Program-made: the position numbers and the translations under genes
Part shown: piece after piece, positions 28,670 through 36,512 of the stretch
Layout of the letters: every line of letters starts with the position of its first letter
Numbering within the stretch: the first letter of the stretch is position 1
Origin: Deltaproteobacteria bacterium
Lineage (GTDB): Bacteria > Desulfobacterota > Syntrophia > Syntrophales > UBA5619
Length of the DNA stretch: 56,200 nt
Reading direction: 5' to 3'
NCBI GenBank assembly: GCA_023487865.1
Contig: JAMDBG010000088.1
Span: 1 to 56,200, forward strand
Notes under the pieces: generated by a model
Databases searched by the model: none
What the model was told of the DNA's origin: nothing
The model's input: only the letters and a program-made list of their open reading frames with translations

Positions 28670-28707
28670 GAGAATTTGAACACTCACGACAATGGGGGTC
28701 CGGAGTC

Positions 28708-30597
28708 ATGGCAAAATGGAACAGAGATAAAAAAGTACTCGATCATGAGCATACAAACTTCTGGAAGTTTGATCTCAAGGAGGTGTCGGAGCCAAACCTT
28801 CAAAAAGATGTCTTTCCCTATGATGAGGTCTGCCGGATCGATTTCGACCATCGGATCATCTCCATAAATCCTGCGGAGGATATGTTTATTACCGACACGA
28901 CGTTCCGGGACGGACAGCAGGCAAGACCTCCATATACGGTGCAGCAGATTGCGGATCTCTATTCCCTGATGAGCCGATTGGGTGGACCCAACGGTGTGAT
29001 CCGTCAGTCCGAATTCTTCCTATATAGCGTCAAAGATCGGGAAGCGGTGGAAAAATGCCAGTCCCTCGGCTTACGCTATCCGGAAATCACCGGCTGGATC
29101 AGGGCCAGCACCGACGATGTCCCTCTGGTCAAACAGGCAGGACTGAAGGAGACCGGGATTCTCACTTCCGTGTCCGACTACCATATTTTTCTTAAGTTAG
29201 GCAAGACACGTAAACAAGCGCTGGAGGACTATCTCGGGATCGTCCGTTCCATCCTCGCTGCAGGCATCATCCCCCGCTGTCATTTTGAAGACATCACGAG
29301 AGGTGACATTTACGGTTTCTGCATCCCCTTTGCCATCGAACTGATGAGATTGAGAGAGGAAAGCGGTATCGACATCAAGATCAGACTCTGCGACACGATG
29401 GGATACGGTGTAACCTATCCTGGTGCTGCCCTTCCCAGAAGCGTCGACAAACTCGTCAGGGCGTTCATTGAGGACGCGGGAGTTCCCGGTCATCTTCTCG
29501 AGTGGCATGGTCACAATGATTTTCACAAGGCGATGATCAATGCGACCACCGCCTGGCTCTATGGTTGTAGCGCGGCAAATACCACCCTGCTCGGTCTGGG
29601 TGAACGGACGGGAAATCCGCCCATGGAAGGATTGATCATCGAATATATCAGTCTCCGCGGAAACGCAAACGGGATAGATACGACCGTGATCACTGATATT
29701 GCGCGCTATTTCGAGAAGGAAATCGGGATTCGGATTCCGCCGAATTTCCCGCTTGTCGGGGCGGATTTCAATGTGACCAGGGCAGGTGTTCATGTCGACG
29801 GTCTGATCAAGTGTGAAGAAATCTACAATATCTTCGACACGACAAAACTCCTGAAGCGACCGATTATCCCGATGATCACCGATAAGTCGGGTAAGGCGGG
29901 GATCGCTTTCTGGATCAACACCCATCTTGGACTCACGGGCGATAACACCATCGATAAGCGTCACCCAGGTGTCTCCCGAATCCATAAGTGGATTACCGAG
30001 GAATATGAGGGCGGTCGGATGACCAGCATCTCGAACGAGGAACTGGAAAAGCGGGTAAGAAAATACCTGCCCGAGCTTTTCATGTCCGATCTGGAGAAAA
30101 TCAAGTTCATGGCGGCTCAGGCGGCCGTTTCGGTGGTGAAAAAGGTTATCGACCATCCGGACATGAAGACTATGAAACCGGAACTACAGGAGCCGGTCAT
30201 GCAGCAGTTCATGGAAGAGAATCCTTCGATCCAATTCGCCTATGTCGTCGACATGAACGGCCGCAAAACAACACGAAACATCACCAATATTGCCGACCGT
30301 CCCAAGTATGAAAACTACGGGATCGGCACGGATCAATCGGACCGCGAATGGTTCATCAAACCGCTTCAGTCCGGCAAGATCCATGTTACTGAATTCTATA
30401 TTTCCAAGATGACCGGAGCGCTTTGCATTACCGTCTCTGCGCCGATCATGGACGAGCGGGATGAGATGGTAGGGATATTTGGTGTCGACATCAAGTTCGA
30501 GGATTGGGTCAAGCGTGCGGAAGATATTGCCGAGGCGACACAGATCGCCCTCCGAGGGGAGTATGAGGCAAAATCGCGATCGGACCGATGGCTGTAA
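28708..30597 (+). CDS. Re-citrate synthase-like DRE-TIM metallolyase (homocitrate/isopropylmalate synthase family) fused to a C-terminal Cache/PAS-like domain
   Basis: 629-aa ORF. Catalytic blocks are ITDTTFRDGQQ and EWHGHNDFH, plus LGLGERTGN. Residues ~460-629 carry a Cache-type pattern: AYVVDMNGRK...SDREWFIKPLQSGKIHVTEFYISKMTGALCITVSAPIMDERDEMVGIFGVDIKFED. No signal peptide or TM helix. Confidence 0.7.
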   Translation: MAKWNRDKKVLDHEHTNFWKFDLKEVSEPNLQKDVFPYDEVCRIDFDHRIISINPAEDMFITDTTFRDGQQARPPYTVQQIADLYSLMSRLGGPNGVIRQSEFFLYSVKDREAVEKCQSLGLRYPEITGWIRASTDDVPLVKQAGLKETGILTSVSDYHIFLKLGKTRKQALEDYLGIVRSILAAGIIPRCHFEDITRGDIYGFCIPFAIELMRLREESGIDIKIRLCDTMGYGVTYPGAALPRSVDKLVRAFIEDAGVPGHLLEWHGHNDFHKAMINATTAWLYGCSAANTTLLGLGERTGNPPMEGLIIEYISLRGNANGIDTTVITDIARYFEKEIGIRIPPNFPLVGADFNVTRAGVHVDGLIKCEEIYNIFDTTKLLKRPIIPMITDKSGKAGIAFWINTHLGLTGDNTIDKRHPGVSRIHKWITEEYEGGRMTSISNEELEKRVRKYLPELFMSDLEKIKFMAAQAAVSVVKKVIDHPDMKTMKPELQEPVMQQFMEENPSIQFAYVVDMNGRKTTRNITNIADRPKYENYGIGTDQSDREWFIKPLQSGKIHVTEFYISKMTGALCITVSAPIMDERDEMVGIFGVDIKFEDWVKRAEDIAEATQIALRGEYEAKSRSDRWL

Positions 30598-30626
30598 ATA
30601 GACTGCGACGGAGATTTCGCGACATT

Positions 30627-32582
30627 TTATTCTCCATCAATCCGCCACTGATCATAGGGACGATCCTTGGCCGGTGCGGAATAAGGTGAAAGCTCCATGA
30701 TAAACCGCGAGGGGCTCACGGGCAGATGACCCATCCCCCGCGCATAATCGGTCAGGGGATAACAGATATAGAGTTCATCCTTGGCCCGGGTAACTGCCAC
30801 ATAGAAGAGACGGCGTTCTTCTTCCGCCCCTCCGGGCTCTTTAAGAGCTCGGGCGAGCGGCATCATCCCTTCACTGCACCAGACCATGAACACCGCCATC
30901 CATTCCAGTCCCTTCGCTTGGTGAATGGAAGAGAGTACAACACTGTCCTCGGCACTCCTTTCCGGACGGCTCTCTTCCGTTATACCGGTCAGAAGTGCCA
31001 GTTCACTCAGGAAATCCTCTAGGGAGGAAAACCGGGAGGCAAAATTTGCCAACTGCAGAAGATCCTCCTCTCGAGAGGCGGCATCGGTATACTTTTCCCT
31101 TAAAATATCAAGATAACCATTTTTTAGAATGATGTCGATGAGCTCCGGCGGGCTGGCGCTGCCGGAGCTATTGAGGGTGCAGAAGGTTTCCTGAAACCGG
31201 CTGAGACCAGGAACTGCTCCCTTAGTGGAACATCTATGAAAATCCGCTGTTGAGACCGCCGCATGGGGATTGGAAAGGGCGGAGACATAACGCCAGATCT
31301 TCTCCGCTGTGGCTTTGCCTATCTTTGTGTAAAGCCCCAGGATCCGTTTCCAGGCGAGTTCATCCCGGGGATTGACGAGAATCCTCAGATAACCTGTTAC
31401 ATCTTTGATATGGGCCTGCTCAAAGAAACGGATACCGGATCGGATTTCAAATGGGATTCCCCGCCGTGTCAGCTCCATCTGGATCTCCATGGAGTGATAA
31501 TGGGCACGATAGAGGACGGCCATTTCCCCGAGGGGTATACCGCTGCGGTGGAGTTCGAGGATCCGCTGGGCGACGAAATCGGCCTGTTGCAGGACATTTC
31601 TGGCCGGGACAAGGACGGGTCGCACCCCCCCTTCCCGGACCGCCAGGAGCGTTTTCTGAAACTGGTTCTCATTATTTGTGATGCTTAGATTGGCAAGATG
31701 AAGAATTTCCGGAGTGCTGCGATAGTTCGTCTCCAATTTGAAGATCCTGCAGTCAGGATAACGGTCGGGGAAGCGCATGATGTTTTCGTAATTCGCCCCT
31801 CGAAATGAGTAGATGCTCTGGGAATCATCACCTACCACCATCAGGTTCCGGTGTCCGGAAGCGAGCAGATCCATGATATCTGCCTGGAGTCGGTTCGTAT
31901 CCTGATACTCGTCAACGAGAATCTGCAGGAAACGACTGGCATACGCCTCCCGTATATCGGGAAACTTGAGCAGGAGTTCCCGCCAGTTAAAGAGGAGATC
32001 ATCAAAGTCCATCATATCGAGTTCTTTCTTTCGCATGCGGTATCGTTCGGCGACGGCGGCGATCTCCTCTGCACGGTGCGAAAAAAAGGGGTAGCGGGAG
32101 ATAATGACATCGAAAAAAAGTGTTTCCGTATTGACGGCGAGGCTGATCATATCTCCGATGACGTCTCCACGGGGAAATTTGTCTGCCTTGTTATCGATTC
32201 CGGTTTCTGTGATGCAGGTGTTGATCAGCTGCCGCGCATCTTCGCTGTCCAGGATTGAGAAATTGCGAGTGTAATCCAGGCAATGGGCATGCTTCCGGAG
32301 CGTTAGATGTGCACAATGGTGAAACGTTCCACCCCACAGCCCGCCGATTGCCCGGCCGATCAGTGTTTCCACCCGCATGAGCATCGACCGGGCTGCCTTG
32401 TTTGTAAATGTGGCAAGGAGAATCCGTTCCGGTGGTACACCGCTTTCCACGAGACGGGCTACTCTGTAAGTCAATGTCCGCGTTTTCCCGCTCCCGGCGC
32501 CGGCGATGACCAAAAGCGGGCCTCCCTCTTCCATGACCACACGGAGCTGTTCCCGGTTTAATTCTTTATCATAGTAGATCAT
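30627..32582 (-). CDS. UvrD/PcrA/Rep-family ATP-dependent DNA helicase
   Basis: Motifs AGAGSGKT, VDEYQDTN, VGDDSQSIYSFRGA, TNYRST and VAVTRAKDEL. Start taken at MIYYDKELN (ATG 32582), which has AAGGAAAGGG upstream. Confidence 0.85.
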   Translation of the reverse strand: MIYYDKELNREQLRVVMEEGGPLLVIAGAGSGKTRTLTYRVARLVESGVPPERILLATFTNKAARSMLMRVETLIGRAIGGLWGGTFHHCAHLTLRKHAHCLDYTRNFSILDSEDARQLINTCITETGIDNKADKFPRGDVIGDMISLAVNTETLFFDVIISRYPFFSHRAEEIAAVAERYRMRKKELDMMDFDDLLFNWRELLLKFPDIREAYASRFLQILVDEYQDTNRLQADIMDLLASGHRNLMVVGDDSQSIYSFRGANYENIMRFPDRYPDCRIFKLETNYRSTPEILHLANLSITNNENQFQKTLLAVREGGVRPVLVPARNVLQQADFVAQRILELHRSGIPLGEMAVLYRAHYHSMEIQMELTRRGIPFEIRSGIRFFEQAHIKDVTGYLRILVNPRDELAWKRILGLYTKIGKATAEKIWRYVSALSNPHAAVSTADFHRCSTKGAVPGLSRFQETFCTLNSSGSASPPELIDIILKNGYLDILREKYTDAASREEDLLQLANFASRFSSLEDFLSELALLTGITEESRPERSAEDSVVLSSIHQAKGLEWMAVFMVWCSEGMMPLARALKEPGGAEEERRLFYVAVTRAKDELYICYPLTDYARGMGHLPVSPSRFIMELSPYSAPAKDRPYDQWRIDGE

Positions 32583-32709
32583 CGACCCTTTCCTTGCGAT
32601 GATGACAGCGACGGCTGGTGGATCTACAGTCATCACTTCCCGAATATTTTGGACTCAAGAGATGAATGGATACAAGTCGGAACGGACTATAGGGCAATTT
32701 TTCCAACCG

Positions 32710-32743
32710 GTCAAGGAAATCGAATCGGCTTGTTTTCCTTGAC
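32710..32743. repeat. perfect 10-bp inverted repeat (operator-like) in the helicase/MBL divergent region
   Basis: GTCAAGGAAA (32710-32719), 14 nt, TTTCCTTGAC (32734-32743). The right arm overlaps a TTGACA hexamer. Confidence 0.5.
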
Positions 32744-32815
32744 ATTTCCTTATTTTCTGCTTCTATAGCAGCGTATTTTCTATTCGTGTTCGGTTATCCT
32801 TTTTAAGGAAAAGCG

Positions 32816-33718
32816 ATGGAAGAGCAACTATTCGGACCGGTCCGTTTTCTTCCCGGTGAAAATCGGGGACGCTATCCCTATTGCAATTCCATCTATATCG
32901 AAGGAGCAGGTATCCTTATCGATCCGGCTTCAAACCGGGAAAGACTCATCCGCCTCCGAGCCGAGCATGGTGTAAAAATGGTCTGGCTAAGCCACTGGCA
33001 TGAGGATCACTTTATGCATCTAGATCTCTTCGACGACGTTCCTCTCTGGGTGTCGTCCCTGGATGCACCGCCTCTGGCCGATCTCTCAACCTTCCTTGAA
33101 TGGTATGGATTTTCAGAAGAGGAGCGGTGCTTCTGGGATCCGATTCTCCGCGATCAGTTCCATTTCAGACCCCGGCAACCGTCCCGCCATCTCACAGGCG
33201 GAGAAACCATCAACTTCGGTTCGCTCTCAGTGGACGTCATCGCAACCCCCGGCCACACCCCCGGTCATCTGGCATTTTTCTTCCGGGAACCATCACTGCT
33301 TTTTGCCGGGGATTACGATCTTACCCGCTTCGGTCCCTGGTATGGTGATCTCTTTTCCAGCATCGATCAGACAAGGGCGTCCATTCGTCTTCTTCAAAAG
33401 ATACCGGCCGCGATCGTTGTGACGGGCCATGAGACCGGCATCTTCATTCAACCGTCCAATGGACTCTGGGAGAGGTATGGTGCGGTCATTGCGGAAAGGG
33501 AGCAGAAGCTCCTCGATTTTCTGGAAGAGCCGGAAACTCTGGAAACGATCGTCGAGTCATGGATCATCTATGGGAAACGGCGAATCCCGAAGGAGTTTTT
33601 TGCCTTCGGAGAACGGGTCCATATGAAAAAACACCTGGAGGATCTTCAAAAACGCGGGATAGTTGTCAATGAAAACGGCCGCTATCGAAAAATAATCCCT
33701 TCTGGCTTCAGGGAGTAA
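32816..33718 (+). CDS. MBL-fold metallo-hydrolase
   Basis: 300-aa ORF with HWHEDH (HxHxDH), PGHTPGH, and a later GH ligand. Confidence 0.8.
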   Translation: MEEQLFGPVRFLPGENRGRYPYCNSIYIEGAGILIDPASNRERLIRLRAEHGVKMVWLSHWHEDHFMHLDLFDDVPLWVSSLDAPPLADLSTFLEWYGFSEEERCFWDPILRDQFHFRPRQPSRHLTGGETINFGSLSVDVIATPGHTPGHLAFFFREPSLLFAGDYDLTRFGPWYGDLFSSIDQTRASIRLLQKIPAAIVVTGHETGIFIQPSNGLWERYGAVIAEREQKLLDFLEEPETLETIVESWIIYGKRRIPKEFFAFGERVHMKKHLEDLQKRGIVVNENGRYRKIIPSGFRE

Positions 33719-34715
33719 AGCCGATCTCCCGGGCAAACTCGAACTGTCTCGGCCATGGTAATCCGGGGTGGGCACGATCAAAGGGCTCTGTGCCGATCTG
33801 TGTGAGTGAAACCTCATCTACTGTCAAAGGATGGGTGCCGCCGATAAATCCGTAATCCGCTGCAATGACGGGATGCTTCCCTTCGAGGCAGTCGCACTCT
33901 GCGGTGATGTTCAGAAGGGCGTTGATCACCAGTGTCTTCTTGCCGATCTCTTTCCAGATCACTGCCGCCGTCTCCACGAGCCGCTCTTGAAAGATCTTGA
34001 CATCCGTCCCCCAGAAGATCTTTAAGGCCATTTCCGGGCAGAGGGCAATACACTGTGAACACCCGATGCAGGTCTTTAAGTCATACGTCGGTTCGGCATC
34101 CGGGGGGAGAACGGCCGCACCAGTCGGGCAAACCTCAGCGCAGAGACCACAGCGGGTGCATTTTCCCGAAACCAGGCGGGGATGGGCATCCGCATGCATA
34201 CGCTGCTTCTGTGCACGGGAGGCTAATCCCATCGAGATGTTTTTGATAGCACCGCCGAACGCCGATTCAATGTGCCCCTTGAAGTGAGAAAAGATCACGA
34301 ATCCGGCGGCTTTCCGAATGATCTCTGCTACCTGTACCGTCGGAAAGTGGCGATAACCGGAAGGGATCTCCAGGACATCACGGCCATCCATGCCGTCTCC
34401 AATCAGGACGGGACAGCCGAGGTAGGTCTCCGTGAAACCATGATCCGCTGCCGTCTGCAGGCTGTCCGTACCAGTCCGGCGCCCTCCAGAATAAAGAACC
34501 GTAGTATCGAAGACAAAGGGTTTAATCCCGGATTCCAAAAGCCAATGGACGATCTCTCTGGTATAGAGAGGGGGAAGAAATCCCTCGTTCCCCCTCTCCC
34601 CCCAGTGAACCTTTACTCCCACCGAATCACCGGGAGTAAAAGGTTTTATCATGCCATCCAGCAGCTGGCGCAGTGCTTCAGGTGTGCGGCCGGAAACCTT
34701 GAGAACATCGGACAT
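33708..34715 (-). CDS. DUF362 domain protein with 2x[4Fe-4S] ferredoxin insert
   Basis: DUF362-like N-terminus (GDSVGVKVHWGERGN) plus CTRCGLCAEVCP and CIGCSQCIALCP. Start at ATG 34715 (GAGG 6 nt upstream). The 3' end overlaps the convergent MBL gene by 11 nt. Confidence 0.7.
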   Translation of the reverse strand: MSDVLKVSGRTPEALRQLLDGMIKPFTPGDSVGVKVHWGERGNEGFLPPLYTREIVHWLLESGIKPFVFDTTVLYSGGRRTGTDSLQTAADHGFTETYLGCPVLIGDGMDGRDVLEIPSGYRHFPTVQVAEIIRKAAGFVIFSHFKGHIESAFGGAIKNISMGLASRAQKQRMHADAHPRLVSGKCTRCGLCAEVCPTGAAVLPPDAEPTYDLKTCIGCSQCIALCPEMALKIFWGTDVKIFQERLVETAAVIWKEIGKKTLVINALLNITAECDCLEGKHPVIAADYGFIGGTHPLTVDEVSLTQIGTEPFDRAHPGLPWPRQFEFAREIGFTP

Positions 34716-34736
34716 AGGCAACCTCATCAGTAGGTT

Positions 34737-36263
34737 TTAGTCGGATCTTTTTTCAATCTGCATGATCAGATCGTTAAAAAGAAATTGATGGCAGGGTAAA
34801 AAGGTATACCAGTATACCTTGCCCAAAAAACCCTGCGGTTGATAATGGGCGATCACTGCAAGTCTTCTTTTGGAACCGTCATCATCGATTTTGAATTCCA
34901 TCCATGCCTTTCCCGGCAATTTCATCTCTGCACGCAGGAGAAGACGGATATCTTTTTGCAGATCCTCAACTCGCCAGTAATCGATTACATCATTTATCCT
35001 CAGGTTGGTCCGGCTCTTTCTTCCCCTTGCTGCTCCGACTCCGAGAAGGATTTTATCAACCATTCCCCGCAGACGCCATATCCAATTGTTCGAAAACCAA
35101 CCTTCTTTTCCGCCTATCCTGCAGATGCACCGGAACAGCGAGGAGGCCTCTTTGGTGGTGTAAAGGAAATAGGTGTTCATATATCGGGGGCCGTTTTCGA
35201 GTTCATTCAGCTTCAGAGCCAGTACGTGAGCCGGAGGATAGGCGTCCGACCAACGGGTATGAATCCTGTCCTGTTCTTCCCGGTTCATCGCCCGGATGAT
35301 GGCCTCTTTATAACTCAAGGGTTCAAAAGGCAAGTATTGCCTAATCGTGTGATTCTGGCAGACCACCTCATTCTTGAGCCCCTCCATGAGAGAGCGGGTA
35401 ATCGGAGCAGGAATGGGAGTGATAAGACTCCCAATATAGGAATACAAGGGGAGGTAGGAAAAAAACGGCAAGAAAAATCTCTTCTTGTTCAGCAGATCGG
35501 CGCGGATATTCAACATCTCGGCATAACTCAAGATATCTTTTCCTCCAATGTCAAAAGATTCCCGCGCAGTGGCGGGAGTTTCCAATACGCCCACCAGATA
35601 TTTGACCACATCACGTATTGCGATGGGCTGACATTTCGTCTTGGCCCAACGGGGTATCAAAATGACAGGAAATCTTTTGACCAGATGCTGAATAATTTCA
35701 TACGAAGCGCTCCCTGAACCGATGATGATGGCTGCTCGCAGCACCGTGACCTGCACCTTTCCCTTTTTCAGCTCTTCGGCCACCTGTATCCGGCTTTGCA
35801 GATGGGGCGATAGTTTCGATTGGGTGTCGCCAAGGCCGCCAAGGTAAATGATCCGGTTAATTTTATTTGTTTCTGCGGCAATTCGAAAATTGACAGCCGC
35901 CTTGATGTCCGCCGAAGCGAATTCCTTATGTCCCAAGCGAAGTGAATGTATCAAATAATAGGCAGCATCGATATCTTTCAGTGCAATGGTCAGTTGGTTC
36001 AAATCAAGGGCGTCCGCAGCGACAATCTCCGCATCGGGCCATAGTTCTGCATATCCCGGTGAATAGGCCCTGACCATCACTTTGACTTTATAGCCTCTGG
36101 CCAGCAATTCGGGCACCAGCCGTCCACCGATATAACCGGAGGCGCCCGTGACCAAAATTTTCCCCATTCCCGGCAACGGCCTTGAAGGCAAGTCATGACA
36201 GAAAAGAGAATCCGCTGCCGGCGACTGAAAATATGGATGATCATCCGAGATGATAACGGCCAT
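34737..36263 (-). CDS. NAD(P)-binding SDR/NmrA-like protein with a DUF2867-like C-terminal domain
   Basis: 508-aa ORF with ILVTGASGYIGGRLV Rossmann motif. The C-terminal ~170 aa (GWFSNNWIWRLRG...WRVE) resemble DUF2867. GAAGGA lies 6 nt upstream of ATG 36263. Confidence 0.65.
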   Translation of the reverse strand: MAVIISDDHPYFQSPAADSLFCHDLPSRPLPGMGKILVTGASGYIGGRLVPELLARGYKVKVMVRAYSPGYAELWPDAEIVAADALDLNQLTIALKDIDAAYYLIHSLRLGHKEFASADIKAAVNFRIAAETNKINRIIYLGGLGDTQSKLSPHLQSRIQVAEELKKGKVQVTVLRAAIIIGSGSASYEIIQHLVKRFPVILIPRWAKTKCQPIAIRDVVKYLVGVLETPATARESFDIGGKDILSYAEMLNIRADLLNKKRFFLPFFSYLPLYSYIGSLITPIPAPITRSLMEGLKNEVVCQNHTIRQYLPFEPLSYKEAIIRAMNREEQDRIHTRWSDAYPPAHVLALKLNELENGPRYMNTYFLYTTKEASSLFRCICRIGGKEGWFSNNWIWRLRGMVDKILLGVGAARGRKSRTNLRINDVIDYWRVEDLQKDIRLLLRAEMKLPGKAWMEFKIDDDGSKRRLAVIAHYQPQGFLGKVYWYTFLPCHQFLFNDLIMQIEKRSD

Positions 36264-36344
36264 TTGATCCTTCTTTTTGACTCAATCTGATGCCCCGGTA
36301 AAACATGGTTTTTGAATCGATTTATCCTCTCCTCACCTTCCAAT

Positions 36345-36369
36345 TGATAATTTGTATTTTTTATTATCA
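36345..36369. repeat. inverted repeat TGATAAT-N11-ATTATCA in the divergent promoter region
   Basis: TGATAAT (36345-36351) and ATTATCA (36363-36369). The hexamers resemble Fur-box halves but the spacing is non-canonical. Confidence 0.35.
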
Positions 36370-36446
36370 CATAAACGTCAATCTGTTTCAAATTTCTCGT
36401 AAGTTAAAGAAGGTTTTGCTCAATGTATTTTACTGGGTTCATTTCC

Positions 36447-36475
36447 TTGACACGCAAATAACCATCCATTATTGT
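36447..36475 (+). promoter_or_regulatory. sigma70-like promoter candidate for ndh
   Basis: TTGACA (36447-36452), 17-nt spacer, TATTGT (36470-36475). Confidence 0.4.
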
Positions 36476-36512
36476 TCACCCTAGAATAAGGTGAATTTTA
36501 AAAGGAAGATCA

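Noticed and set aside
29197-30156. 319-aa ORF antisense to the citrate-synthase-like gene. Similar long antisense or alternate-frame ORFs occur at 34839-35717, 49553-50206, 48485-49084, 13484-13987, 53619-54443 and 54576-55424.
   Set aside because: Each lies entirely inside a gene whose product has clear family motifs. Their translations are low-complexity (Arg/Gly/Pro/Ser-rich) with no recognisable motifs and no RBS. They are typical shadow ORFs of G+C-rich third codon positions.
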